Source: Octopus vulgaris
Taxonomy: Eukaryota
Direction: 5' to 3'
DNA length: 64,000 bases
Assembly (NCBI GenBank): GCA_951406725.2
Contig: OX597818.1
Coordinates: forward strand, 136,338,001-136,402,000
How positions within the stretch are numbered: position 1 is the stretch's first letter; each line of letters starts with the position of its first letter. A program made the position numbers and the translations under genes. This document shows, piece after piece, positions 14,032 through 26,602 of this stretch. The notes below the pieces were generated by a model that was given only the letters and a program-made list of their open reading frames with translations, made no database searches and was not told the origin of the DNA.

Positions 14032-14211
14032 TGTGCACGCGCTTATGTTTGTCTCATCCATCAGTTGACAACTGATGTTGGTTTGTAACTTAGTGGTTCA
14101 CCAAAAGTCACTGATAGAATAAGTACAAGATTCCAAAAAATATGTACTGGGGTCAGTAAGTTCCTTGAGATTGAATTTGGTAGACCGACAGTGTGTGGTG
14201 ATCCATCAGAT

Positions 14212-14242
<31 letters not shown>

Positions 14243-14460
14243 TACAAACATAAATGTGTGTGCTTATGTTTGTCTCATCCATCAGTTGACAACTGGTGCT
14301 GGTTTGTAACTTAGTGGTTCACCAAAAGTCACTGATAGAATAAGTACAAGATTCCAAAAAAATATGTACTGAGGTCAGTTTGTCTGACTACACTTTTTAG
14401 TGCAGTGTGCTGCCATGACTGAAGTCCAATGACTGAAGCAAGCAGAGGAAGATAAAAGAA
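13900..14460 (+). mobile_element. old family A-like SINE with an internal tandem duplication of about 220 bp
   Basis: The segment aagttccttg.gattgaatttggtagaccgacagtgtgtggtg...atgtactg occurs twice in tandem. Confidence 0.8.
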
Positions 14461-14969
14461 GATGCAAATCACACAATCCATTTTACTCCAGTTTTAATAA
14501 TAGAGGGATCAATGTGGACAGCAAGTGAGAGCACACGGTCAATGAAGACATCCCAACAAAGGACTGAAACTAGTTCAAGTTATCCCTTGTTTTTGTTTAC
14601 AAAGATTTTTTTATATAAAGACAATGTATTTATATCTGTCTATAGATACAATGTTGGTTAAAAACCTTTGGATATAATGTGTAGTACATTATAACATTGA
14701 AACAAGACACTGTTAATGCACCAGTGGTTTCCTTATTGTTATTAATGCTTGACATTTCATTGAGACGTACAGTCTACTCTCTACTTTCACTTTCTTTTTC
14801 TATATTGTTCACCTCCCCACCATACACATACATACCTATATATACTGAGACTTGTGTGTGTATGTGTATATATATATAGGAAAATAAGATGACAAAGGAA
14901 TGAATAATTATCATATATTTGTATATATATATATCTAGCTATTTAAATATCTATCTACATCTCTTTTTC

Positions 14970-15011
<42 letters not shown>

Positions 15012-15899
15012 TACTGTTTTGATGTCGTTTTCTAAAATGTTAATACAAACAAATGCACTGGTTATAGTTCACTCGTTTATTGTTAACTAATCCATTGATT
15101 ATTGATTAGTCTGTTTGGTTTGTCAAAAAATATTTTCGTCACACATCTGTGACCTTTCCAACTGACTTCCTTTTCACAACTGATTATATATAAATATGTT
15201 TTATTTGTTACTTGTTTGTTACCGAGAATGTGCATGTATTATGTTAGCATATGTGCGTTTGTATATGTGCACGAATATGTGTGTATATGAAATTGGAAAC
15301 GCATTCATATGTGTGTATGTAATTAATGGTGTGTGTTTGTGTTCTATGTTTTTATTTTTCATGCTGGCTACTCTTCATATAAATTTTGCTTTTATATCCT
15401 AATTCTTCAGCTTGCTGTAATTTAGTTGCAAGTTTCTTATGAAGTGAAGTCGTTTCTTCTTCATACCATTGGTTTTTCAGTTTCTTGTTAGTTTGGTTAT
15501 AGTTTGCAATATTTCATTTCGTATTTGCCTTGCAAAAATATTTTTATGAGAGCGCATAGTATTTTGTCTGGGTATTTCTGCTAAAAATCACTCATGCATT
15601 GTTTATAGTTCACTACTTCCTTGTTATTTAATTCGTGTTGTTTGACTCTTGGATTCTGGGTCACCCTTCATCAAATGTTGACTAGTATATTTATGTTTTT
15701 CTTTTCCTCAGTGCCAAGTACGGCATGTCACCTAGTCTAATACCATGCAACTGGTTCATGATTCATGAGTGCCTTTAGCAAAGTTGAATCTCTTGCAAGC
15801 ATTCAAACCAAGCTTCCAGTTAATGGTTTCCATGAGCACCTTAGCCCTTTATAACTCACCAATATACCAAAAACTAAAACTAGACCCACTAGACAATTC

Positions 15900-16500
15900 T
15901 CCTTCCTTTCTAACATTCAGGGGTTTCAATCCAGTCTAGGGCCTTACAGATCATCCCTTACTAATGCTCAAACACTACATCTATTCCTTTCCAAGTCATA
16001 CATCTCTCACTCCTTATCTATACTCCATCTCTACTGTCTAGGTTACATTCTTTACTCAAATGCTACTATGAAAAGTGATGTTTGTTCTCTCTCTGCCATT
16101 CCCCTCTTTCCCCTATATATCAGCAATAAAAACAGTCTCCCTCCCTCATCTACTTTCACTTTTACACTCCAAACTCCTGACACAAAGAACTCTTTAATCA
16201 TACTTCTTACATGGAAGACATCCATCTCACTTTACTCCTTTCCAAGGCAATCATCCTCTGTAACTTCAATGCACACAACTCTCCTTGACCTGCACTCTCA
16301 TCCTGAACTTATGTAACCAGTGAAAAAAAACTGACTTTATTCTTAATTTCAACTCTTAACATCAACTAGTTTCATCGGTATTATGTTTCCCTGACTGACA
16401 CACTGACAGGCAAAACCCCTCCAAACTCACCCTCTATCAAACTGAAACTTTCTGCACCTAGAGGATTGTCTGATCACTTATATCATGACTACTGAATGCA
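15900..16500 (+). pseudogene. highly decayed LINE APE-endonuclease remnant
   Basis: Motif-like NIQG, (C)NFNAH (GDFNAH-like) and LSDH occur in the expected order, broken by stops and frameshifts. Confidence 0.35.
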
Positions 16501-16744
16501 CAATTATGTATTGCATAACATACATTCACACCTTATTGCACACCTGGTCAGCCACCAAGTCAGTGCTCCACTAGTTCCGCATTTACAACCCATGGCAGCA
16601 TGGAAAGCAGATATTAAATGATGATTATATCATCCCTTATTTTATATTTGCTTCACTCTTCATCTATCAGATCCTACATTAATATGAGTTTTTTTTTTAT
16701 TGAACTTCCTATAGGTTTATATAATTTAATGGTTTAATCTAGAG

Positions 16745-17407
16745 TAGTAGTTCTCAGCCATTTTTTACCCATGGATCCCTTTGATTCTTATTTTATTTGG
16801 GTGAATCCTCATCTGTTTCACAACCACATGGTTCCAGGTTCAGTCCCACTGCGTGGCACCTTGGGCAAGTGTCCTCTACTATAGCCTTGAGCTGACCAAA
16901 GCTTTGTGAGTGGATTTGATAACAGAAACTGAAAGTTTGTCTGTCGCTATATATATGTATATATATTTATGTGTGTGTGTTTTTGTGTCTGTGTTTGTCC
17001 CCACACCATTATTTGGCAACCGATGTTGGTGTGTTTATGTCCCTGTAACTTAGCAGTTCGGTAATAGAGACCGATAAAATAAGTTATTAGGCTTACAAAG
17101 AACAAGTCCTGAAGTCGATTTGTTTGACTAAAATCCCTTTTAGGTGGTGCTCCAGCATGGCTGAAGTCTAATGACTGAAACAAGTAAAAGAAAAAAGAAT
17201 AAAACAATAAATACTTTTATAATTAAATATTATTAGGAATTGTATAAAATAATTAAAAAAAATATTTTGTGTATTGTAGAAATATAACCAATTTATCAAA
17301 CATAAGTTTTTACAATAAAATCTTATATGAACCCCCAAGGGCCATATAGACTCCCAAGGGCCATATGGACTCCCAAGGGTCATATGGCCCCCAGTTGAGA
17401 ACTACTG
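16745..17407. mobile_element. hAT (Charlie-like) MITE interrupted by a family A SINE (about 16815-17205)
   Basis: TIRs tagtagttctcagc / gttgagaactactg; imperfect 8-bp flanks atctagag / atctgggg; three tandem subterminal repeats of about 19 bp (cccaagggccatatggact). Confidence 0.65.
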
Positions 17408-17599
17408 ATCTGGGGTAAGACCTAGGAAGCTAACTGCTGCTAAGTTAATGATTAGTTATTTTAAGGTTGAAAATGCTAAACACATATACTATGTCTGTCC
17501 TTAATTTGTCTAAAGTGTGTCCATTTGTGCTTCTTTTTGCTATACCGAACCCATTGTCTCTATAAAGAGGAAAGTCTATTTTTGTGAATTTATTACACT

Positions 17600-17990
17600 A
17601 GGTGCAGGAGTGGCTGTGTGGTAAGTAGCTTGCTTACCAACCACATGGTTCTGGGTTCAGTCCCACTGCCTGGCACCTTGGGCAAGTGTCTTCTACTATA
17701 GGCTTAGGCTGACCAAAGCCTTGTGAGTGGATTTGGTAGATGGAAACTGAAAGAAGCCTGTTGTATATATGTATATATATGTCTGTGTTTGTCCCCCCCC
17801 CCCAACATCGCTTGACAACCGATGCTGGTGTGTTTACGTCCCCGTAACTTAGCGGTTCGGCAAAAAGAGACCAATAGAATAAGTACTAGGCTTACAAAGA
17901 CTAAGTCCTGGGGTCGATTTGCTCGACTAAAGGCGGTGCTCCAGCATGGCCACAGTCAAATGACTGAAACAAGTAAAAGAGTAAAAGAGT
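17600..17990 (+). mobile_element. full-length SINE family A
   Basis: Pol III boxes, core, internal microsatellite and (gtaaaaga)n tail. Confidence 0.9.
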
Positions 17991-18096
17991 AAGTACATTT
18001 GAATTGAAATTAGCTCTGCTCTCTCATATGCTCCATTACTTAGACCAATATGAAACTTGTTACAGATTTTTTTTTTTTTTGTTTTAGATGTAACCT

Positions 18097-18330
18097 ATTT
18101 CTTTACTACCCACAAGGGGCTAAAAACAGAGGGGACAAACAAGGACAGACATAGGTATTAAGTCGATTATATCGACCCCAGTGCGTATCTGGTACTTAAT
18201 TTATCGACTCCGAAAGGATGAAAGGCAAAGTCGACCTCGGCGGATTTTGAACTCACAATGTAACGCAGACGAAATACCGCTAAACATTTCGCCTGGTATG
18301 CTAACGTTTTTGCCAGCTCGCTGCCTTAAT
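18097..18330 (-). mobile_element. SINE family B
   Basis: 18-bp TSD ttgttttagatgtaacct on both sides. Confidence 0.9.
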
Positions 18331-18677
18331 TTGTTTTAGATGTAACCTTTATCATTTCTGTATTGCATCTGTTTATGTTATTGTAGTTCTCAGCAAATTA
18401 TAATGCTTATGGTGTAGGAGCTTAGATATAAGAGTAATTCAAGTCATATACTATTAGTGATATTATTACGCTAGCTAATAGCAGAGTTACTATAATGATA
18501 TTGTTATATGTGGTGATCTCCAAATATTGCCACCAAAATTATCTAAAAACCTCCTAACTTATTAATCCTATCTCAGATTGTTACAAATACTAAGCATTTA
18601 AATACGACATCCAGTCTGCTACCGAGTTGTTGGTTTTCCCTTACATTTTTCTCTTCACTGTTGTAGTGACATGTATG

Positions 18678-19063
18678 GGGAGGTGCAATGGCCCAGTGGT
18701 TAGGTCAGCGGACTCGCGGTCATAGGATCGCAGTTTTGATTCCCAGACCGGGTGTTGTGAGTGTTTATTGAGCGAAAACACCTAAAAAAGCTCCACGAGG
18801 CTCCGGCAGGGGATGGTGTGATCCCTGCTGTACTCTTTCACCACAACTTTCTCTCACTCTTACTTCCTGTTTCTGTTGTACCTGTATTTCAAAGGGCCGG
18901 CCTTGTCACTCTCTGTGTCACGCTGAATATCCCCGAGAACTACGTTAAGGGTGCACGTGTCTGTGGAGTGCTCAGCCACTTACATGTTAATTTCACGAGC
19001 AGGCTGTTCCGTTGATTCGGATCAACCGGAACCCTCATCGTCGTAACCGACGGAGTGCTTCCA
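18678..19063 (+). mobile_element. tRNA-derived SINE family C
   Basis: A box tggcccagtggt, B-like box tttgattccc; near-identical to 31255-31636. Confidence 0.85.
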
Positions 19064-20129
19064 CCCATACATGTATGGGTTTTTGCTTCCATGTAGTTTT
19101 GCTTAATATTATTGTTAAGTAGTTGTTGGTGCAGTGTCTTATCTATCTTGAATAGGCTTCTCATTTTGTCTGAAAAACAGTAATTCTTAATTAATTTCTT
19201 AATTCATTTAATATTGGATTTCTGTTTAGTTTGGAAGGCATTATTATACTTACAAAACTTTAATGTTTGCTACAAAATCCTAGAGGCCTAATTCAAAGAG
19301 TGCTGGGGACTTAATTCTTGAGGGACATTTCCATATATTAATATAATAATAGCATGCTGGTATATCAGTTGGGTCAGAATCAAAGAAAGCGGCTTTCCAG
19401 CACATGCATTTAACTAGTTCCTCAGTGGTTTTTTCTTTTGGTTTTTTTTTACCAATAATTTCTTGATGTAAAATTCATTTGAAGGAGTTAGAATATTTCT
19501 GCTTGAGTAGTTTAAGTGGTATCAATCCATAATCAATACAGTTACTTATTCAATATGGAGAGTGCTCAACTATATATCAAGTATCAATATATCACAAATC
19601 GTTAAAACATATCTTGATATACAATAACATACAATATGGATGTTGTAACCTTAGATTTCTAATACATATACGTTTGTGTGTGTGTATGATACATATAGGC
19701 ACACATACACTTATCTATCTGTGTATTGCATTGAATCGATGATCGTGTTATAGTTTTATCCTTTTTAACTAAGATTTTCTTTTTTTCTATATTTCCATAT
19801 GTTTTGCTGGAAATTTCTGTAGAACAGTTAGTTTCTAAATTCATTATCAACTTTTCTTGACTTTCACATTATCATCTTCAGGATGAAGTGATGTTAATGT
19901 GAGTTGCTGCTATTTTATTGAAGGAGGACCAATATGATTGATGTAGACGTTATCATTAGAATTTGACATTTGTCTGTTAGATTTAATATCATCAGTCAAA
20001 CTTGTGTGTATGGTCTGTAGTGAAGGTGTGTAGCTTAGTTAGGTTAGGGTGTTAGGCCCACAATTGTTAAGTCATGAGTTTGTATCCCAACAATGCATTG
20101 TGTCCTTGAGCAAGACACTAGTTGGTTTG

Positions 20130-20430
20130 GCTCGAAGAATCCATCTTGCAATTCTTCCCTATAATGTTCTAATTAGTACAAGAGCAGACAAGTAATGGCT
20201 CAATTTGGAGAATCTCCCTGATCTCCAAGCTATGCACCCTGTCAAATAACATTACTCCAGAGATCCTTCTGAGGAACCCCATTTTGGCCACTTGTATCTG
20301 CAATTGTATTTTGGTTAATACCCAACATTCATAACCAAAAGTGAAGATAGGCATGAAAACCAAACTGAAGATAGAAAGTTTGGCTTTTTTACCAACCTCT
20401 CCTCTTCTGAGGATTGAATACAAGAGCCGG
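20130..20430 (-). mobile_element. RTE (Expander-like) LINE ORF2 remnant
   Basis: KAKLSIF...TFGYECWVLT...MGFLRRISG...DRVHSLEIRE resembles the RTE post-RT region. Confidence 0.65.
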
Positions 20431-20857
20431 CTGATTATTGTGCCAGCACAGTTATTTTAGTAGCTTTAATAATTATTTCTAATTATCAATTGAGGTAAGC
20501 AGGTGAGCTGGTAGAATCATTAGCACACCTAATAAAATGCTTAGCAGTGTTATTTCTGGTTTCACATGCTGATTTCAAATACTGAAGAGGTCAAATTTAC
20601 CTTTCATTCTTTCAAGGTCAATAAAATAAGCTCCAGTTGAGCACTGGGGTCAGTGTAATTGACTGGTCCTCTCTCTGCCAAAATTTCAGGCCTTGTGCCC
20701 ATGGCAGAAAAAAATTATTAATTAGGGTAAAGGTTAATTGTTTCTAATTGAAGCACAAGGTCTATTACATAGATCACAGCCTCCATAGCTAGACTAATTA
20801 TGATCATATAATAGATTACATGCAGTGTCATATGACATCTAATTAATCTTGATGAAT

Positions 20858-21245
20858 TACTCTTTTTTTTACTCTTTTACTTGTTTCAGTCATTTGACTG
20901 TGGCTATGCTAGAGCACCACGTTTAGTCAAGCAAATCGACCCCAGGACGTATTCTTTGTAAGCCTAGTACTTATTCTATTGGTCTCTTTTGCTGAACTGC
21001 TAAATTACAGGGATGCAAACACACCAGCATCAGTTGTCAAGCGATGTTGGGGGGACAAATACAGATACACACACACATATACGACGCGCTTCTTTCAGTT
21101 TCCATCTACCAAATCCACTTACAAGGCTTTGGTTGGCCTCAGGTTATAGTAGTAAACACATGCCCAAGGTGCCACGCAGTGGGACCGAACCTGGAACCAT
21201 GTGGTTGGTAAGCAAGCTACTTACCACACAGCCACTGCTATGCCT
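20858..21245 (-). mobile_element. SINE family A
   Basis: Head-to-tail alignment to the other copies. Confidence 0.85.
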
Positions 21246-21674
21246 CAAATCCTAACAGAATGGTTTATAAGAAGTCTATCTTTAATTCAGGAAATAAATA
21301 GCAGATATAGACAGCCAGAAAATGGTTTTAGCCTCATTGATATCAAATGGTTTGAGACAGTTTCTAGTTCTATGATACAAACTTTCTGTCTTAAAGTGAT
21401 TTAAATTAAAACTTTCCAAAAAAATTTCATGTGAATTTAAGTTCCAAATGATAGCTTCATAATGACCAAGTTATATTACTAATTCTTAAATTAACTGAAA
21501 TGAAGGTAACATATTTCAACAAAAATATGCTCGCAAAGCATTAAGATGGTTTGAAAGCTGAAACCTTGGCAGGGCAGCAGCTACTTTCTCTCACATGCTC
21601 TTGTTAATTCGATTGTTTAGCCAAACAATGTCTGTAGTAAGACTAACATGCAGAAAGGGGTCAACATAACAAAT

Positions 21675-21830
21675 TAATTTACATTATTTACATTCAACGG
21701 ATATTTGTCCTCATCTTGTTTGTTGTTAACACAACATTTCAGCTGATATACCCTCCAGCCTTCTTCAGGTGTCTTGGGGAAATTTCGAACCTGGGTTCTC
21801 ATTCCTAAGGTATTTTTTCCATGTTATTAT
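21675..21830 (-). mobile_element. Penelope-like terminus with hammerhead motif (21729-21772)
   Basis: Minus strand acac-CTGAAGA-a-ggctg...cagct-GAAA-tg-TT-gtgt; 15-bp inverted repeat tacattatttacatt / aatgtaaataatgta (about 22387). Confidence 0.55.
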
Positions 21831-21866
21831 TATTATTATTGTTATTATTATCATTATTATCATCAG

Positions 21867-22372
21867 CCAAATGAAACCATAACCTGTGGCCTATGCCAGG
21901 AGCGTAACCAGCTTGCTTGTGCGTACGTTTTCCTTCTTTGGTCACTAAACTCTGCTTGCGAAGACCTGTTGAGGCAAGCAAAATCGAAATCAAAATCAAA
22001 TTCGACGACTGGCATCCGTGCTAGCAAGGTGCAAAGAGCACCATACGAGTGTGATTGTTGACAGAGCGGCTAACCAGCTTCCATGCCAGTGGCACATAAA
22101 AGGGCACCATTCGAGCGTGATCATTACCAACATCGCCTTACTGGCACCTGTGCTGGTGGCATGTGTAAAAAGATTTGAGTGAGGTCATTGCCAGTACCGC
22201 CTGACTGGCCCCCGTGCTGGTGGCATGTAAAAAGCACCCACTACACTCTTGGAGTGGTTGGTGTTAGGAAGGGCATCCAGCTGTAGAAACTCTGCCAGAT
22301 CAAGATTGGGGCCCAGTCAAAATTGTCCAACCCATGCTAGCATGGAAAGCGGACGTTAAATGATGATGATGA
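21867..22372 (+). mobile_element. RTE LINE 3'UTR fragment inserted in (ATT)n
   Basis: Homologous to 10560-11146; (GAT)n tail. Confidence 0.85.
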
Positions 22373-24536
22373 TTATTATTGTTCATAATGTAAATAATGT
22401 ACATAATTCCTCATCTCTTAAATATAGAACTGTATAACAAATTAATGTTATATGATGGGTGGTGTATAAAATAATGATTCCAATCCTGTGCAGAACCATT
22501 TACATATGTAAAATAGTGTTGCTTACAACGATGATGACAGTGGAAGTGGCAGCCGTAGTGGTGGTGGTGGTAGAGTTGGAAGTGGTGGTGATAAGGATGA
22601 TGGGGAGGAGGAATAGGAGATCACCTATGGATTTGATGTTGCCTATGACACAGACTGTCACCAATATCCGGATTTGTCCACAAAGCAAGAATATCCTTTC
22701 AGCCAACTTAAAAAGCATTGTTATACAATATGTTAGCCAAGGGATATATTTTAGAATAACAACAATTCAAAGAGAGCACATCAAAGGAATCATTAAGCAC
22801 ACTGGATTCTTTAAATGCATTTAAAACTGCCAGGCGACTCAGAACTTCTAACTTTAGGAAGCTACACAGGAAATTCAAGATTATATTAATGAGAGCAGTA
22901 AACAGCCACAAATGGATAGTAATATTAAAATTATTTTCATGGAGGCAGGCTAGTTATAAAAGCTGGTTTTCGATGAATTGCAGCCAAAATAGATTTGCCA
23001 AATTAGAATTTCTAAAATGAATCAGCTAAATGGAATTGCCATTATGTGAATGGCATTTCTAAGTGTCTGTAGAATTACATTTACAGTAATTATTGGTGTT
23101 TGTTTGAAATAGTGAGTAGTATTAATGTTTTAGTGAAGAACAAATTTCTTAATTACATAAAATCCATCAAGTATTTCAAAGTTTTCATCTCCATGCAGAT
23201 GTTGAAAGAACAAAAGTCAAACAGGTGTCCTTTTCCACTGTCCACGAGGCAAATTGTGTAAACAATAAGACGGAACTGCTCTGGGTTCTCCCTTATAACC
23301 AACAATGGCTAACTTCAATGTGTTCCATTGCTAACAATTAATATTTCCTGCACCAATAATGTCATACAAGCAAACTTAGCGGGTACATAAGCAATGCATT
23401 CGTGGATAGTCAATGAATTGGATGTGGTACTGATGAGAGAGTAATAACTCTTGAAATTTGTATATACACCCATTTCCTATCTTTTCTATTTTCAATCACA
23501 TTGTTTGCGTAGATGTATTTGTATATGAAATGTTGTAACTTTCAGTACTGGTTCTGAATTCTATAGAAAATCTGTAGAGATAAACTGAAAAATGAGAAGA
23601 TTTTTTTATGTCTATTAATATAATTTCTAGATGAAAAAAATCTGTTTTCCTTCAAACCTCATACTTTCTAATTTATTTACTTTTATTTACCCTGTTTTAG
23701 TTTATTGTATTTATATTTATTTTACCAAAATTTCTAGTAAATACTGGAAAAAAAATAACATTTCCTAGTTGTATTATTAGTGTTGTTGTTGTTGTTGTCT
23801 TATTCAAAGACATATGTTTATAGTTATAATTGGAAAGTTCATACTTAGTAAAACGTGAAATTATGAAAGAAAGTCATAAAAGAAAAAAAGAATATGAAAA
23901 AATGCTAAAAACTAAACCAAAAAAAAAAACTTGAACCAAATTGCATCACAGTCATTCGGAACTATGATGCTACATCAATTAAGACAACGGTTCATACTCC
24001 GCTTGACATTTCACTGCTTTCTTAAACAACAACATTAGCAGTAGCTGCTGGCACAAGAACTGTTGGTTCAATGAGTTTCTGTTGCCGAGATGTAAAAGAA
24101 ATGTATTGCATTTATATCAGAAACGGTTATTAAAATTCCAATATGTCAACAAGAATCAACGCTATTCTGTTTTATGATATTTCACAGTGGCAAAGGTGAA
24201 AGTTGACCAAATAAATCTAACTGGCCATAACAACAACAACAACAACAACAGCAAAAAGAATTAGCTGTGATTTGGCCGAAACTAAATTCTATAGGGATGA
24301 ACTTTTATTTGTTTCGGTCATTGGACTGTGGCCATGCTGGGGCACCACCTCGAAGGGTTTTAGTTGAATGAATCAACTCCAGTACTTACCATTTTTTCTA
24401 GCATTTTTTCATATATTCTTTTTTTTTTTCTATGACTTTCTTTCATAATTTCACGTTTTACTAAGTATGAACTTTCCAATTATAACTATAAACATATGTC
24501 TTTGAATGAGACAACAACAACAACACTAATAATATA

Positions 24537-25252
24537 CAGGAAGACATGGGATGAGGTAGTCAAGCATGACCTCAGAGCGTTGGGCCTCACTGAGGCAATG
24601 GCGAAGGACCATGATCTCTGGAGATATGCTGTGACTGCAAAGACCCAGGCTGCTTCCTGCACCAGTTCCGCATAGCCTCTGCCCATTCAAAGTACCCTGG
24701 ATTCCAGAACGTCCCGCTGTGCTTGAGGAGACCTGTTGAGTCAAGTACATGAACATGAACATCGAAATAAATATCAATGGAAATAGTAGTTGTGCTACCT
24801 GTGCCGGTGGCACATAAAAAGCACCAGCCGAACGTGGCCATTGCCAGCGTTGCCTCGACTGGCTTCTGTGCCGGTAGCACATAAAAAGCACCATCCGAAC
24901 GTGGCCGATGCCAGCGCCGCCCCGACTGGCTTCTGTGCTGGTGGCACATAAAAAGCACCATCTGAACATGGCTGTTGCCAGTGCCGCCTTGGCTGGCTTC
25001 CATGCTGGTGGCACGTTAAAAGCTCCAACCAATCGTGGCTGATGCTGGACCCCCCTGGCACCTGTACAGGTGGCACGTAAAAAGCACCCACTACACTCGC
25101 GGAGTGGTTGGCGTTAGGAAGGGCATCCAGCTGTAGAAACTCTGCCAGATCAGACTGGAGCCTGGTGCAGCCCCTGGCTTCCCAGACCTCGGTCGAACTG
25201 TCCAACCCGTGCTAGCGCGGAAAACGGACGTTAAACGATGATGATGATGATG
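24537..25252 (+). mobile_element. RTE LINE 3' fragment
   Basis: RKTWDEVVKHDLRALGL remnant, repeated ggtggcacrtaaaaagcacc modules, (GAT)n tail. Confidence 0.9.
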
Positions 25253-25889
25253 TATATATATGGCCTCTAGGAGTATAGTTGAAAGAGTGTGGCATGGTTC
25301 CGGGTTCAGTCCCACTCTGTGGCACCTTGGGCAAGTGTCTTTTACGATAGCCTCAGGCTGACCAAAGCCTTGTGAGTAAATTTGATAGATGGAAACTGAA
25401 AGAAGCCCATCGTGTGTGTGTGTGTGTGTGTGTGTGTGTTCCCTTTGATAACCAGTGTTGGTGTGTTTATGTCCCTTTACCAATATATATATATATATAT
25501 ATGTATGTACTAAAGAAAGCAAAAATAAAACAAAAATGCTAGTGTTCAATAGTTGGTTCAGTATGCTGACCACAGGAATTTCTGTCCAAGAAAGTTGTAC
25601 ATCACCTTCCTTTATCTCTCACATACCCACTCTTTCTCTCTCTCTTATTATTACTCACACTGCCACCATCAACACTACTAATTTTAATAAAACATCATAA
25701 GCTCTCTCTAAATTTCTGTCTTTTTTCTCCCTCTCTTTCTCTCTCTTTGTCTGTCTATGCCTCTGCCCTCACCATCTTTATGCCTACTATTACTCTCAAC
25801 CCAGCATGAAGAAGTGTCGTTGAATAGTGAGAGAGGTGGGGGTCAAAGTGTGACACACTGGCATACAGAAATTAGTTTTCCGCATTTAT

Positions 25890-25933
25890 TATATGTGTGT
25901 GTGTGTGTGTATGTATGTATGTGTGTGTGTGTA

Positions 25934-25964
<31 letters not shown>

Positions 25965-26252
25965 GTGTATGTATGTGTATGTGTGTATGTATGTATGTGT
26001 ATGTATGTATATGTATGTATGTATATGTATGTATGTATATGTATGTATGTGTGTATATGTATGTATGTGTATATATAAATATGTATGTGTATATATATAT
26101 ATGTATATGTGTATATATATGTATATATATATATATAAATATATATATTTATATATGTATATGTATGTATATGTTTGTATATGTATGTATGTATGCATAT
26201 ACTCATGTATACATACATACACATACACTCATGTATACGTACATACACATAT
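25890..26252. repeat. (TG)/(TATG)/(TA) microsatellite
   Basis: Directly visible. Confidence 0.95.
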
Positions 26253-26602
26253 GTAGATAATGATATTAAATATTAAAAATCACAATCTGACATGGCATGC
26301 AATAAATAGGTGGATTAAGTGCACTGATGAGACTTAATCCCTCTATTTATTGCTTGCTGAGGAAACTGGATTACTGATTACACAACAAGCCCCCCCCCCC
26401 AGTCCGTCTGACTGTCTGTCTGTTTGTCTGTCTCATATTCTCTCTTAAATCTTGGTATTACATAATGTTTCTTTTTTATTTTTACATATTTAACTGTGAG
26501 GTTTTTTTTCACCACAAAATAATTGGTCAATCATTGCATCTTAGCAGGATAAGTTATAATATATTGTTGGTGCAGTGTTAACACACCAGTGTTGGTAGCA
26601 CG

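Noticed and set aside
22459-23070. Coding-like stretch (121-aa ORF and downstream sequence)
   Set aside because: Starts in (GGT) low complexity, has stops in all frames and no recognisable motif; possibly decayed TE.
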